Virus record (IMG/VR): IMGVR_UViG_3300034272_002197
Source: an uncultured virus (IMG/VR IMGVR_UViG_3300034272_002197)
Taxonomy: Duplodnaviria > Heunggongvirae > Uroviricota > Caudoviricetes
Strand: one strand, 5' to 3'
Length of the DNA: 64,000 nucleotides
Shown here: positions 46,990-57,175 of the stretch, piece by piece
How positions within the stretch are numbered: the stretch's first letter is position 1
Layout of the letters: every line of letters starts with the position of its first letter
Translations under genes and position numbers: made by a program
Notes under the pieces: generated by a model
What the model was told of the DNA's origin: nothing
Databases searched by the model: none
Seen by the model: the letters and a program-made list of their open reading frames with translations, nothing else

Positions 46990-47190
46990 GTCCGGCCCTC
47001 TGTTGTTTCGGCAACGAGCAAAACGGTATAGCTGGAATTTACCAGTGAAGGACGCAGGACGCTGCGTTCAATCTACGGACATCCGGGAGGATAACTCCCA
47101 AATAATTTGATAGTGTACAGGCACTTTGTAAATCCTGTCTTTGTGTGGTACCGAACATCGCTCCTGCTTGGAAAAGCATCGGTGCAAAGA
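46990..47190 (+). ncRNA. unidentified structured RNA(s)
   Basis: series of hairpins after a GTAAATA box; no credible ORF. Confidence 0.45.
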
Positions 47191-47195
47191 ACAAT

Positions 47196-47272
47196 GGCGG
47201 AGGGGAGAAACGGTTTACTCGTCAGTCTCATAAGCTGAAGACATCAGGTTCGATTCCTGTTCTCCGCAACCA
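47196..47272 (+). tRNA. initiator-like tRNA-fMet(CAT)
   Basis: 1:72 mismatch, CCGCAACCA end; anticodon stem lacks the three G-C pairs. Confidence 0.8.
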
Positions 47273-47275
47273 AAC

Positions 47276-47468
47276 CTCGGGATCCCTACTCGTTAATAAT
47301 AGGGGGTGGTTGGCGTCACCAAAATGTCAGGGTGCATACGATCATAACCTCAGAACCCGCTTACATGGGTGCAAGAAAAATCGTAGGTTTAGCTGGCACA
47401 AGCCATAAGGACCGTCAGGGGACAGGGCAACAACTCAGTTGGGGGCTGATGAGGATCAGTAGCCCAAC
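47276..47468 (+). ncRNA. unidentified structured RNA, copy 2 (related to 41072-41260)
   Basis: shared 3' motif and hairpin. Confidence 0.6.
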
Positions 47469-47489
47469 ACCGATTACTAGGAGCCAGTG

Positions 47490-47651
47490 ATGCCTAATTC
47501 AAACTTTAAAAATTGGTTGAGACTTATCTGGTTAGAAAATTGTCGTGAACACGAAGACCATCGAGAGCTGCCTTACACATTAAAAGAATATTGGAATCGA
47601 TATCGATGGTGGTTGCGTAGAGAATACCGGCACCAACAAAAGAGCAAATAA
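47490..47651 (+). CDS. small Trp-rich hypothetical protein (not in ORF track)
   Basis: AGGAG RBS; followed by terminator AAACGGAC-TTGG-GTCCGTTTTT. Confidence 0.65.
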   Translation: MPNSNFKNWLRLIWLENCREHEDHRELPYTLKEYWNRYRWWLRREYRHQQKSK

Positions 47652-47721
47652 AACGGACTTGGGTCCGTTTTTTATTGACTGCACAATCTTTATTTGTTAA
47701 AATACAACACAAGGTGATATC

Positions 47722-47907
47722 ATGCGTAAGCCCGAAAAAATTTTTAAAGTTAAAAATCTTCGTACCGGGGAAGTATTTACTACCAGCACGGTTTACGAAA
47801 AGGACATCGACGGCGAGCAGTTCATTGGTGTTTGGCGTGAAGCTGATCCACATCGTAGAATAAACTGGATACGACGAAATAGCACAGTAAAACTATCAAA
47901 TAAATAG
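47722..47907 (+). CDS. hypothetical protein
   Basis: AAGGTG RBS. Confidence 0.65.
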   Translation: MRKPEKIFKVKNLRTGEVFTTSTVYEKDIDGEQFIGVWREADPHRRINWIRRNSTVKLSNK

Positions 47908-47925
47908 TAAAAAAGGTTTTACACT

Positions 47926-48876
47926 ATGAAAAAAATTCCTAAGATGTCCTTGGAACAATACAATGAATTGGCAGGAGCTGAGTGGCCATTGTTTTCTGAT
48001 TATATAAAAGGAAACATCACGTCAAAATTAATAAAACTAGAAATTTCGTATCACGAAAGACAGATATACAACGAAGATAAAAAAAATAGAATAAAATACG
48101 CAGATGAATACAATTCAAAATACAAATCCTTTAACAAAAGATTTTTTATAAAATATTTTTTACTAGTTTTATTCCCGGCGATTGTTGGTACAGGGCTTTA
48201 CTTTTATCTAGGTGGCACTTTAACAAAGTTTTTAATTCTGTTTTTGTGCTTTAGATTTCTTAACATTTTGTATACTCAAGTAATGCATAGATGGTTATGT
48301 CATCATATGTTTGAACCTAAAAAATGGGCTAGACCTTTTTTGTTATGGATAGTGGTTGCAGGATGTCACAGTCATACCGGTAATTGGATTAGAGGCCATT
48401 GGTCTCATCATCAAGATGACGGAACCGAACTAGATCCGTACCCTCCTTCGTGGGGACTATTAAAGTTGGCATTTATAGTACAACGTTATTGGAGACCGTA
48501 TCCGTTTGGTCGTTGGATGACTGCTCCTGATATCAAATTTGTATTCAGAAATATATGTTGGTTATGGTTAATTAATGCAGCAATATTTGCTTATATCGAT
48601 ATTGATATTTTCTTGCTTAGTTTTCTTTTTATACAAGTTTATGCAAACTTAGATGACGGGGTTTCTAATTTCTTACTTCATGATGGATTCCGTACTCAAC
48701 AACCAGTAAACTTTCCAGTTTTTGGATATTTTGTTAGTTTATTTGTTGCTATTGAATCTGTGCATATTGTACACACAACCAGGCCTTGGATTTTTAACCA
48801 GGCCAAAAACGTGCCTGGTGCAATAGATTTAGGATATTTGTTAATGAAACCTTTTGCAGCATCAGAAAGAGAATAA
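47926..48876 (+). CDS. membrane fatty acid desaturase-like protein
   Basis: His boxes HRWLCHH, HWSHH, HIVH; TM helices. Confidence 0.8.
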   Translation: MKKIPKMSLEQYNELAGAEWPLFSDYIKGNITSKLIKLEISYHERQIYNEDKKNRIKYADEYNSKYKSFNKRFFIKYFLLVLFPAIVGTGLYFYLGGTLTKFLILFLCFRFLNILYTQVMHRWLCHHMFEPKKWARPFLLWIVVAGCHSHTGNWIRGHWSHHQDDGTELDPYPPSWGLLKLAFIVQRYWRPYPFGRWMTAPDIKFVFRNICWLWLINAAIFAYIDIDIFLLSFLFIQVYANLDDGVSNFLLHDGFRTQQPVNFPVFGYFVSLFVAIESVHIVHTTRPWIFNQAKNVPGAIDLGYLLMKPFAASERE

Positions 48877-48884
48877 AATAATTT

Positions 48885-49247
48885 ATGAAGGCAACTATTC
48901 CAATCAAGCAGACCACTTCTACCAACATCAATATTGCTAACACTGGTTCTGGTGGTACTTCTTACACTTTCGACAACAATTGGACTTCTGCAGGCACTAC
49001 TGCTATACAAAGCGCACTCCGAGTAAACGGCGATGCCAACTTTGACGGTGATATCACAGTTAAAGGCCGTAGTATAACCCAAACATTGGAAAAGATCGAA
49101 GAGCGTTTGGCCATATTGCCACCGCCCAACCTAGAGCTTGAACGAGATTGGTCGGAATTGGCCAAACTTAGGCAGCAGTATGTAGAGCTGGAACGCGAGT
49201 TGCTAGAAAAGCAACGAGTATTTGATATACTCAAAAAGTCCTATTAG
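48885..49247 (+). CDS. hypothetical protein with C-terminal coiled coil
   Basis: ORF track. Confidence 0.7.
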   Translation: MKATIPIKQTTSTNINIANTGSGGTSYTFDNNWTSAGTTAIQSALRVNGDANFDGDITVKGRSITQTLEKIEERLAILPPPNLELERDWSELAKLRQQYVELERELLEKQRVFDILKKSY

Positions 49248-49428
49248 GTGTTAGATAATCTCTAAATTCACAGCTTCCAGACACCTTTGTGCCCTTTAAT
49301 TGCAGAGCCTGTACAGCAGTGGCAAGATCAGTTCTGCATTCGGATTCTGTGGTGTAGAAATTTTGTACCGATCCGCGGTGCTTGTGTGGCGGTTCAGAGC
49401 CTAAAACAATTATTAGCAACAACCACAT
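49231..49428 (-). CDS. small exported two-Cys protein
   Basis: MWLLLIIVL...YTTESEC...C; AAGGA RBS on the minus strand. Confidence 0.6.
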   Translation of the reverse strand: MWLLLIIVLGSEPPHKHRGSVQNFYTTESECRTDLATAVQALQLKGTKVSGSCEFRDYLTPNRTF

Positions 49429-49491
49429 ACCACGGTCCTTTTTGAATATTTACCAGTAGACCTAAAATAGTATTTCTGCTATAATAGCACT

Positions 49492-49656
49492 ATGTACAAA
49501 ATCTCTATACCCACTAAAAAAGCGTACGATGCTATTTGTTGGGCCAAAGGACAATTTAAACACTTTGGCGTCCAACATCAGTTTCCTGCCAATTGTTATG
49601 AATTTGAATTCAACAATCCTGAAGATGCTACATTTTTTGCACTGAGGTGGCAATGA
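49492..49656 (+). CDS. small protein, FxLxW paralog family (not in ORF track)
   Basis: promoter TAGACC(49457)-N17-TATAAT; ends FEFNNPEDATFFALRWQ. Confidence 0.75.
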   Translation: MYKISIPTKKAYDAICWAKGQFKHFGVQHQFPANCYEFEFNNPEDATFFALRWQ

Positions 49657-49850
49657 CTCGAATTCGTAGATATTGGCGGCCTAGTGAAGGATTCAGTATA
49701 TGGGAAGATATAACTGCCTGGTGCTTTGAACAATTTGGTCTCCCAGGTGAACGACAGGAAGAATGGAACTATGTTTCCGATGCAGGTTGGATGGATTTTT
49801 ATTTTCGCGATGAACAATCAGCGGAACTTTTTATATTGAAATGGATGTGA
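49653..49850 (+). CDS. small protein, FxLxW paralog family
   Basis: ends FYFRDEQSAELFILKWM. Confidence 0.75.
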   Translation: MTRIRRYWRPSEGFSIWEDITAWCFEQFGLPGERQEEWNYVSDAGWMDFYFRDEQSAELFILKWM

Positions 49851-49851
49851 T

Positions 49852-50748
49852 ATGAAAATTGCAGTATGTAGCGATCTCCACTTAGAGTTTGGAGACCTTG
49901 ATTTAACTAACGAAGACAGTGCCGATGTGTTAATTCTCGGCGGCGATATCTTTGTGGCCAATGATATTAAAAACTTTGATTATGTAGATGAACAGATTAT
50001 GGCGGCCACACCCAGCATGTTGGCCCGTGGCGAACGCTATTACAATTTTCTAAAGCGGTGCAGTGAGCGATTTCCGCAGGTGGTCTTGCTCATGGGCAAC
50101 CACGAACACTATCACGGCGACTATGCCGAAAGTGCTAATATAATTCGTACCTTAGTTGGCGAATTTAGTAATGTGCATTTCTTAGACAAAGAATGGCGTA
50201 TCATCAATGGCGTGTTGTTCTTTGGTGGCACACTGTGGACTAACATGAATGCAGAGGATCCTATAACTATGAGCCATATCTCTGGTGTAATGAATGACTA
50301 CAGAGGTGTAAAAAACTCTGCGAAAACTGTACAGTATCGTGTACCTACATATGACGAAAACAACCAAGAAAGCTGGACTTTTAAAGAAAGACCTGCTCAG
50401 TTTACACCCCAAGATAGCGTAGAAGATCATAAGGCTTTCTTAAAAGAACTTGATGCTGTGTTGGCGCTGCATCCAGGCATGCCCACTGTGGTTGTCGGGC
50501 ATCATGCACCCAGCAAGGCCAGTACACATCCTAGATACAAAAGCGAATTCATTATGAATGGCGCATACAGTACTGACCTAGATAACTGGATCTTGGATCG
50601 TAGACAAATTAAATTATGGACTCATGGCCATACTCACGAAGACTTTGACTACATGATTGGTACCACTAGAATTGTTTGCAATCCCAGAGGATATGATGGC
50701 TACGAAGCTAGAGCAGATAATTTTAAACTCAAATACGTGGAGGTATAA
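49852..50748 (+). CDS. calcineurin-like metallophosphoesterase
   Basis: SDLHLE, GGDI, GNHEHY, HHAP, HGHTH, NPRGY. Confidence 0.92.
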   Translation: MKIAVCSDLHLEFGDLDLTNEDSADVLILGGDIFVANDIKNFDYVDEQIMAATPSMLARGERYYNFLKRCSERFPQVVLLMGNHEHYHGDYAESANIIRTLVGEFSNVHFLDKEWRIINGVLFFGGTLWTNMNAEDPITMSHISGVMNDYRGVKNSAKTVQYRVPTYDENNQESWTFKERPAQFTPQDSVEDHKAFLKELDAVLALHPGMPTVVVGHHAPSKASTHPRYKSEFIMNGAYSTDLDNWILDRRQIKLWTHGHTHEDFDYMIGTTRIVCNPRGYDGYEARADNFKLKYVEV

Positions 50749-50969
50749 TGAAAACTTTTGATACATTTGAAGAAGTAGTTGGAATGATGCATTGCATGAA
50801 GAGGCCGATTGTGGTTCATGCCAAGAAGATGGATGTAGAATTTCGTGTTAATACCCTAGAAGGTAATTACAAACAAGGTAAGCCAGGTGATTATCTAATG
50901 CGTGGCATTGATGGTGAACTCTATATCTGTGATGGTCCTATTTTTGAAAAGACATATGATTGGGTATAA
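50748..50969 (+). CDS. PGDYG-like small protein
   Basis: TLEG...GKPGDYL..G..GELY.C...IF.KTY. Confidence 0.7.
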   Translation: MKTFDTFEEVVGMMHCMKRPIVVHAKKMDVEFRVNTLEGNYKQGKPGDYLMRGIDGELYICDGPIFEKTYDWV

Positions 50970-50971
50970 TT

Positions 50972-51325
50972 ATGAGCGACTTTCCTGAATTTGATGCACA
51001 ATATCGAACTGTACTAATCAAGGATAAAGAGGATAGGTTTGAGCAATTGGCCGCTGAAGCCAACTTCAATGTGTATCATTCTGATATCTGGAGAGGCACA
51101 GGACGTAAGTTTGCCGAGTTGATTGTGCAGGAATGTATAAAGGTAATGTATGACAATGCAATTGAAAGGCAAGTGCCACCGAACATTGAAAAAACTCCTA
51201 CACATTATGCTGTAGCAATACTAGAACATTTTAAAATTCAAGAAACTAAAAGGGAAAAGTTTGATCGAGCAATTAAAGAAACATTTGGATTTGGTGCCGA
51301 TCTTTCAGGAAAGGAAACACCATGA
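50972..51325 (+). CDS. hypothetical protein (FAELIVxEC family)
   Basis: KFAELIVQEC...EHF. Confidence 0.7.
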   Translation: MSDFPEFDAQYRTVLIKDKEDRFEQLAAEANFNVYHSDIWRGTGRKFAELIVQECIKVMYDNAIERQVPPNIEKTPTHYAVAILEHFKIQETKREKFDRAIKETFGFGADLSGKETP

Positions 51326-51516
51326 GCGACCAAATTCGTGCCATTGGCAGACTAAAATATCAAATTGATTGGGATTCTAGCGGTTGGTGGTACACCAATA
51401 ACGAACAAGAACGAATTAATATGAATCTGTTTGCTGGAACTGTAGACTTCGAAGGTACTAGACTGTATCAGTTTATCGTCGGGCCGTTAATGATCAGTTG
51501 GGGTTGGACGGATTAA
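51322..51516 (+). CDS. hypothetical protein
   Basis: packed ORF with RBS. Confidence 0.6.
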   Translation: MSDQIRAIGRLKYQIDWDSSGWWYTNNEQERINMNLFAGTVDFEGTRLYQFIVGPLMISWGWTD

Positions 51517-51538
51517 ATAACTTTTTAAAGGACCTATT

Positions 51539-51739
51539 ATGAGAAAGAAACTATTAGAAGCAGCACGAGCACATTTCGAAAGTCAAGTTCACAAGCATCG
51601 TATGAATGTGGAAATCATGCTGAACAATCCTATGGCCATTCATGATCATACAGATTGGATGGCGGCCATGGAAGCAGAAATTGCTATTATTGCTGAATAC
51701 GAAGACAAACTGGAAGTCTTAGACAAACATTTTAAATAA
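51539..51739 (+). CDS. hypothetical phage protein
   Basis: RBS; NVEI.L.NP..I.DH. Confidence 0.7.
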   Translation: MRKKLLEAARAHFESQVHKHRMNVEIMLNNPMAIHDHTDWMAAMEAEIAIIAEYEDKLEVLDKHFK

Positions 51740-51740
51740 T

Positions 51741-52007
51741 ATGAACTACAGAACAGGCAATCTTGAATTTAGACGTCTACGAGAAGGACGACCTGCCGAA
51801 ATCATACGTTGGGCCAAAAATGGTGATGGTACTGAGTACTGCTATACACTGCTTTGGTACAAGCGAGACAACGAAGGTTTCTACGTAGAGTTCGTAGGCC
51901 GGCGTCCGTTTGATGACGACTTGGAAGGTTTATGGGAACTAATGGAATATGGACAAGATACTCTTGATGCCGAGTTCAAATTAGAGGAAAAACTAAAATG
52001 GAAGTAG
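51741..52007 (+). CDS. hypothetical protein
   Basis: packed ORF. Confidence 0.65.
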   Translation: MNYRTGNLEFRRLREGRPAEIIRWAKNGDGTEYCYTLLWYKRDNEGFYVEFVGRRPFDDDLEGLWELMEYGQDTLDAEFKLEEKLKWK

Positions 52008-52342
52008 AAAGTCCAGCTGAGGGCATTTTAAAAACACATGATTGGGGTGACAGTAAGTTTTACATTGTTCCATGCAGTTGTGGATGCGGCTCGGACCACG
52101 AAGTAAATGTCGAAGCAGACAATACCGGAATCTGGGCACGAGTGTATGTCAAAACCAAAACCAATTGGTGGAGTCGGAATCGTTGGCAAAACGTTTGGAC
52201 TTTGTTAACTCGTGGATATATCGAAACTTACAGCGATATTCATATGTCCGAACAACAGGCTTTGAACTATGCAAAAACTCTCGAACGTGCTATAATTGAT
52301 GTAGAAACTTTTAGAAACAACAGAAAGAAACCCAATGCGTAA
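51998..52342 (+). CDS. hypothetical protein (CxCGC..H)
   Basis: packed ORF. Confidence 0.7.
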   Translation: MEVESPAEGILKTHDWGDSKFYIVPCSCGCGSDHEVNVEADNTGIWARVYVKTKTNWWSRNRWQNVWTLLTRGYIETYSDIHMSEQQALNYAKTLERAIIDVETFRNNRKKPNA

Positions 52343-53162
52343 TCATTATTGGACCACTGGAAAATTTGCAGACTGGCTTCGCGGTACTACTAGCCCGACG
52401 GCTCTTACCCATTCGGGCTGGAAAAAGTGGCGTCAAGAAGCAAAGGCAGCACACCCCGTTCGTTATTGGCTAGCCGATGATGGATTGGATTATCTACAAC
52501 AATTCGTTTTCTACATTCCGGATAAACTCTATGCGCTCAAATATTATATCAACAATCGATTCGTTACTCGAACCCACGCACTCACTGCTCACCCTAGTAA
52601 TATTGCCCCTGGTGATTGGTGCGATGTTGGCAATCGTTTTCTCCCATGTCTTTTTAACGAACTTAGAGATTTTGTTGAAATAGAACTGGCCTGGTGGCAC
52701 ATAGCCTGGGACAGCAACGACGAGCGAGAAAAGTATAATGCACCATTCTGGGCCACTGGTTGGTTCCGTTGGCGCACCTGGCGCAGTCGCCAAGCTGGTC
52801 TAGATAATTTGGCCTGGCAAATGAATCTAACAAATGATTGGTTAGACGATGATCATCCAGATCGCCACAAGCCCAGCTATCAGGCTGAACGGGCTCGAGA
52901 GATCCTGGCTTTGTACCGTTGGTGGACCGAAGTGTATCCTAATCGTCCAGATCCACACGATGCCGGAGGTTGGTCGGCCTACTGCGAACAGCGCAGAGCG
53001 AGTGGCGCGGATTTGCTGGACTTTGAAGATCGTAGTGAATCGGAACAGGAGCAAAGTCGCCGAGCACTAGATGCTACACAAGCGATTGAAGATAAGTACA
53101 ATCAAGAGGACGAAGAAATGATGATTCGTCTAATCAAAATTCGTCAATCACTTTGGACCTAA
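52335..53162 (+). CDS. Trp-rich hypothetical phage protein
   Basis: long ORF ending RLIKIRQSLWT. Confidence 0.8.
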   Translation: MRNHYWTTGKFADWLRGTTSPTALTHSGWKKWRQEAKAAHPVRYWLADDGLDYLQQFVFYIPDKLYALKYYINNRFVTRTHALTAHPSNIAPGDWCDVGNRFLPCLFNELRDFVEIELAWWHIAWDSNDEREKYNAPFWATGWFRWRTWRSRQAGLDNLAWQMNLTNDWLDDDHPDRHKPSYQAERAREILALYRWWTEVYPNRPDPHDAGGWSAYCEQRRASGADLLDFEDRSESEQEQSRRALDATQAIEDKYNQEDEEMMIRLIKIRQSLWT

Positions 53163-53164
53163 AT

Positions 53165-53524
53165 ATGGATATTGTTGAAATCATTGGTTGGGCATGTTTT
53201 TTCTATCTTGCATGGCAACTGCTAAAGTCTTGGATCTTCGTCCAAGGTCTCAAACATCGTATAGCCGAAGCCGTGGAAGAAGAAATTGCAGTCAAGGAAG
53301 CCGAGAAGCAAATTCTTGCTCTGCGTTTTGAACACGTTGAAGAAAACGGACATCAGGTTGTTCTAGCTTATGGTAAAAACAACAAATTCCTAGGTCAAGG
53401 TGCCACTGAAGAAGATGCTGCCAAAAACATTCAAGTTTATTATCCGCGACACAAAATAATAATTGTCAACGACAAATCAACTATTACCAAAATACTAGAT
53501 CCCGTTCAAACCACAAATGGATGA
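53165..53524 (+). CDS. membrane-anchored hypothetical protein
   Basis: N-terminal TM; FLGQG. Confidence 0.65.
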   Translation: MDIVEIIGWACFFYLAWQLLKSWIFVQGLKHRIAEAVEEEIAVKEAEKQILALRFEHVEENGHQVVLAYGKNNKFLGQGATEEDAAKNIQVYYPRHKIIIVNDKSTITKILDPVQTTNG

Positions 53525-54011
53525 GCAATCCGTTAGACTAAAACTCAATCAATGGCTTGTTGATTTTGTTGAAAAACCCAATCCTCTCTTAAACAATTGG
53601 CCTCCTTGTCCCTACGCAAGGCAAGCCCGCCTTAACAACAAAATACACATCGTATTTGATAGCCCATTAGAGATAGCTCAGTACATACCTGAATTAGATA
53701 CACACGATGTTGTAGTGCTGTGTTTCGATCATAATAAATTTTCTGCCAGTCAAATTGAACTGTTTACTCAACATATTAACAGTATCCTAATCTGGCGTGA
53801 TTGTGTGGTACTCGAAGATCATCCTGATTCTGTAGAGCTTGTTAATAATGTTCCGATGAATTTTGGAGAATGTGGTCTCATGATTTTGCAGCGACTAAGT
53901 AAGTTAAACACCGCAGCAGATCAACTCAAAGAAAAAGGATATTACACAACTTGGTCCCAAGAAAACTTGGATCAAGTGGTTACGTGGCGTTATGATTTAT
54001 GCAAGAATTAA
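53517..54011 (+). CDS. DUF1415-like protein
   Basis: W...FVE...PCPYA...DHP...LQR. Confidence 0.6.
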   Translation: MDEQSVRLKLNQWLVDFVEKPNPLLNNWPPCPYARQARLNNKIHIVFDSPLEIAQYIPELDTHDVVVLCFDHNKFSASQIELFTQHINSILIWRDCVVLEDHPDSVELVNNVPMNFGECGLMILQRLSKLNTAADQLKEKGYYTTWSQENLDQVVTWRYDLCKN

Positions 54012-54420
54012 TTTAGCGAAAACCAATTATACTGTCTTTCAATCTGATTGGGAATTCATACGCAATCCCGATATCAACGCACTAAACACAATCTATACTC
54101 AATATTGCCGATATAAAAAATTCCCTAGTGTGATGCCAATATTTGATAGAGAGTATCAAGATCCCGGAAATGATGTTATAGGATATTTTGATCAAGGCCA
54201 ACTGGTAGCCTTTAGTATTGTTAGAAAATACGATCACGACAATGTTGAAGCAATTCAATTTGCCTGGACTTATCACAACCCAAAGCAGAGTCTTGGAATT
54301 GCAAGTTTAAAGCACGAATGTGCCCTATACAAAAAGCTAGGGTACCGGTATTTGTATCTAGGCGGTGCAGACGAATATAAAAAAGAAATAGACGGATTTG
54401 AAATTTTAGGAGCAGCATAA
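53992..54420 (+). CDS. GNAT-fold protein resembling the C-terminal domain of aminoacyl-tRNA-protein transferases
   Basis: YF..GQLVAFS...SLG...HE...K.LGY.YLYLG...YK. Confidence 0.6.
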   Translation: MIYARINLAKTNYTVFQSDWEFIRNPDINALNTIYTQYCRYKKFPSVMPIFDREYQDPGNDVIGYFDQGQLVAFSIVRKYDHDNVEAIQFAWTYHNPKQSLGIASLKHECALYKKLGYRYLYLGGADEYKKEIDGFEILGAA

Positions 54421-55557
54421 ATGTATTCGGTTCATCAACATTGGGATCCACTAAAAGTTTGTGCAGTTGGTAAGTCGTACCCGCCGCAATTTTACGATTA
54501 CATAAAAAATAAAAAAGTTCGTAGTGTATTTTACAAAATAGCCGAAGAAACGGAAGAAGATTATCAAAAACTTATAGACAAGTTAGAATCTTTTAATATA
54601 AAAACACTAAGGCCTAGTGTTGTATCAAATTACAAAGATGCAACAATTTTGTCTAATGGAAAGATCAAAATGCCTCCTATGTATCCAAGAGATATTACGG
54701 CAATGATAGGAGATATCTTTTATGTTCCGGCGCCCGGTACTAAAAAAGATTTAAGAAAATTAATAGATCACGGAAAATTTGTTGATGCATCAGGAAAAAT
54801 TCCTGATTGGGGAAAAGATGTTTTACAAGGAAAATCTAACTTGTATTCATATTATCAAGAATTAGAACCAATAATTGACCTAGTGGAGAATCAGGGAAAT
54901 AAAGTTTTATACGATTATAAATCTATCAAATATACTCCAATTAACACAGCAATGATTTCAAGAATTGGTAAAGATCTTTACTTTGGTACAGAATTATGTG
55001 AAGACACTTTTGATTTTCAAACTTATAAAAATTCAATTGACAAAATATTTACTGATTACAGATGCCATATTGTGGATACCCAAGGACACTACGATTCTGT
55101 ATTTTGTCCGGTAGTTCCTGGCCTAATAGTTTCATTGAAAGAAGTAAAAAACTATTCGGAAACTTTTCCAGGTTGGGAAATAATTTATTTGCCCAATCAA
55201 AGTTTTGATTCTATACCTGAATTTACAAAATTAAAAGAAAAAAATGCTGGAAAATGGTGGGTGCCGGGTCAAGAGCTCAATGACGATTTTACAAATTATG
55301 TGGAAAAATGGATGCATCATTGGATGGGCTACGTCGAAGAAACAGTATTTGATGTCAACATGTTGGTAATAGACGAAAAAAATGTTCTGTGCAATGGATA
55401 CAATCAACAGGTATTTGATGCTTTTGCCAAGAGAGGAATAACTCCACATGTTGTTAATATGAGACATAGATACTTTTGGGACGGAGGAATCCATTGTATG
55501 ACATCCGACTTGCATAGGGAAGGGATCCAAAAAGATTACTTTCCAGAAAGAGCTTGA
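54421..55557 (+). CDS. amidinotransferase (glycine/inosamine-phosphate amidinotransferase-like)
   Basis: WDPLK, PRD, GHYD, VNMLV, GGIHCMT.D..R. Confidence 0.85.
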   Translation: MYSVHQHWDPLKVCAVGKSYPPQFYDYIKNKKVRSVFYKIAEETEEDYQKLIDKLESFNIKTLRPSVVSNYKDATILSNGKIKMPPMYPRDITAMIGDIFYVPAPGTKKDLRKLIDHGKFVDASGKIPDWGKDVLQGKSNLYSYYQELEPIIDLVENQGNKVLYDYKSIKYTPINTAMISRIGKDLYFGTELCEDTFDFQTYKNSIDKIFTDYRCHIVDTQGHYDSVFCPVVPGLIVSLKEVKNYSETFPGWEIIYLPNQSFDSIPEFTKLKEKNAGKWWVPGQELNDDFTNYVEKWMHHWMGYVEETVFDVNMLVIDEKNVLCNGYNQQVFDAFAKRGITPHVVNMRHRYFWDGGIHCMTSDLHREGIQKDYFPERA

Positions 55558-55614
55558 CAATAAATCCGTATAATGTTATACTATAATTCTGCTAACTTGT
55601 TTAGGAACATAATC

Positions 55615-55995
55615 ATGAGTATGCATATGGAAGGTCCGTGGCTGTCAATGACAGGCAAACGTCGGGGCAAGAAAAAGTGGGCAAGTGCTGAACAAAAACG
55701 CCAAGCTGAGATGCTCGATGCAGAGTGGCAAAAACTAAAGTCTAAATATGAACCGGATAATAATGTGTCTAAAAAATTGCAAAGAAAAGCATACCAACCG
55801 CCCACAGTGGTACGAAGAGACACAGGACCACGCATTCCAAGTCTTGACACCGGAGTAAAAGGCGCTGTTAATGTTCGCATGCCTATGCAGTACACCGGCG
55901 ACAAAATTGTAGGTATAGGTACCATGCACAAAAGTAATGCAGTTCCTATCTTTAGCGATCAAGAAGCCAAAGACATCAGTTTGATGCGTCGATAA
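55615..55995 (+). CDS. hypothetical phage protein (HKSNAVP)
   Basis: AGGA RBS, promoter near 55554. Confidence 0.75.
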   Translation: MSMHMEGPWLSMTGKRRGKKKWASAEQKRQAEMLDAEWQKLKSKYEPDNNVSKKLQRKAYQPPTVVRRDTGPRIPSLDTGVKGAVNVRMPMQYTGDKIVGIGTMHKSNAVPIFSDQEAKDISLMRR

Positions 55996-56019
55996 ATACG
56001 TACTTTATTAAGAGGATTT

Positions 56020-56238
56020 GTGAGTAAAGAAGATTTAATTAGAATGTCGGGCATTGTAGAAGAATTACTACCTAGTGCAATGTTTCGGGTCGTTTTAGAT
56101 AATAACCATCAAATTATTGCAACATTGGCAGGCAAGCTGCGTCAACACAATATACGTATATTGGCCGGAGATAGTGTAGAAGTCGAAATGAGTCCATATG
56201 ATCTGCATCGAGGACGCATAGTATATCGTACTAAATAG
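56020..56238 (+). CDS. infA: translation initiation factor IF-1
   Basis: G.V.E.LP.AMFRV.LDN...GK.R...IRIL.GD.V.VE.SPYDL.RGRI.YR. Confidence 0.95.
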   Translation: MSKEDLIRMSGIVEELLPSAMFRVVLDNNHQIIATLAGKLRQHNIRILAGDSVEVEMSPYDLHRGRIVYRTK

Positions 56239-56242
56239 AATT

Positions 56243-56794
56243 ATGCGCGATATTATTTCTTTAGTTGAAGATAAACAAAAACTAGAACTAAAAAAATTAC
56301 CTTATAGTTCTAGCTCATTGTCTCCTGTAATGAGCAAATCTACAATTGATAATCATTATGGCAAACTGGCCAAGGGCTATGTTGACCGCTACAACAAAGG
56401 TGAAGGCGATCCTACATTCAATGAAGCAGGCGCATACTTGCACAATATCTTCTTTCCGCAATTACGTGCACCAAAAAATGCTAACAGTCCTACTGGTGCA
56501 AGTTTGGCCTTGATCAATCGTCATTTTGGATCGTTTAACGATTTCAAAAAAGACTTTGAAGAAGAAGCAATGAAACTGCAAGGGTCAAATTGGATTTATT
56601 TGAGTCGCAATGGGCAGATCAAAACAATCAAAAATCATGCCAAACGCAATGATATTGCTTTGCTTGTTGATTGGTGGGAGCATGCTTGGGCACTGGATTA
56701 TGGCGCTGACAAAAAACGCTATCTCAAAAACATTTGGCGTATTATCAATTGGGAATATGTTAATAGGAGAATTTATGCTGGAGATCGTGCATGA
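56243..56794 (+). CDS. Fe/Mn superoxide dismutase-like protein
   Basis: LPY...L.P.MS, HYGK, LHN.FF, DWWEHA. Confidence 0.85.
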   Translation: MRDIISLVEDKQKLELKKLPYSSSSLSPVMSKSTIDNHYGKLAKGYVDRYNKGEGDPTFNEAGAYLHNIFFPQLRAPKNANSPTGASLALINRHFGSFNDFKKDFEEEAMKLQGSNWIYLSRNGQIKTIKNHAKRNDIALLVDWWEHAWALDYGADKKRYLKNIWRIINWEYVNRRIYAGDRA

Positions 56795-57117
56795 TTGATT
56801 TGCAAGAAAGTGCAGTACTTAAACTCAAAGAACTAATAGCAGAAGAAGGAAACCCTAATCTTAAACTACGCATATTTGTGCAGGGTGGTGGATGCTCGGG
56901 TATGCAATACGGATTTACTTTTGATGAAGAACAAAACGAAGACGATTTTGATCTAGAATTCAGCGGTGTTGGATTACTTGTAGATTCAATGAGCGCACAA
57001 TATCTACAAGGTGCCAAAATCAAATATACTGAAGATGCTATGGGCGCCAGCTTTGCTATAGAAAATCCACAGGCCCAAACCACTTGCGGCTGCGGTAGCA
57101 GTTTCAACCCTTACTAA
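56791..57117 (+). CDS. erpA: A-type Fe-S carrier protein
   Basis: [31 protein letters not shown]. Confidence 0.92.
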   Translation: MIDLQESAVLKLKELIAEEGNPNLKLRIFVQGGGCSGMQYGFTFDEEQNEDDFDLEFSGVGLLVDSMSAQYLQGAKIKYTEDAMGASFAIENPQAQTTCGCGSSFNPY

Positions 57118-57175
57118 TCCTTCCAAAACTCTATTCCTAACAAAAGCCATAAATACCTAGTATATAGGAAGATTT

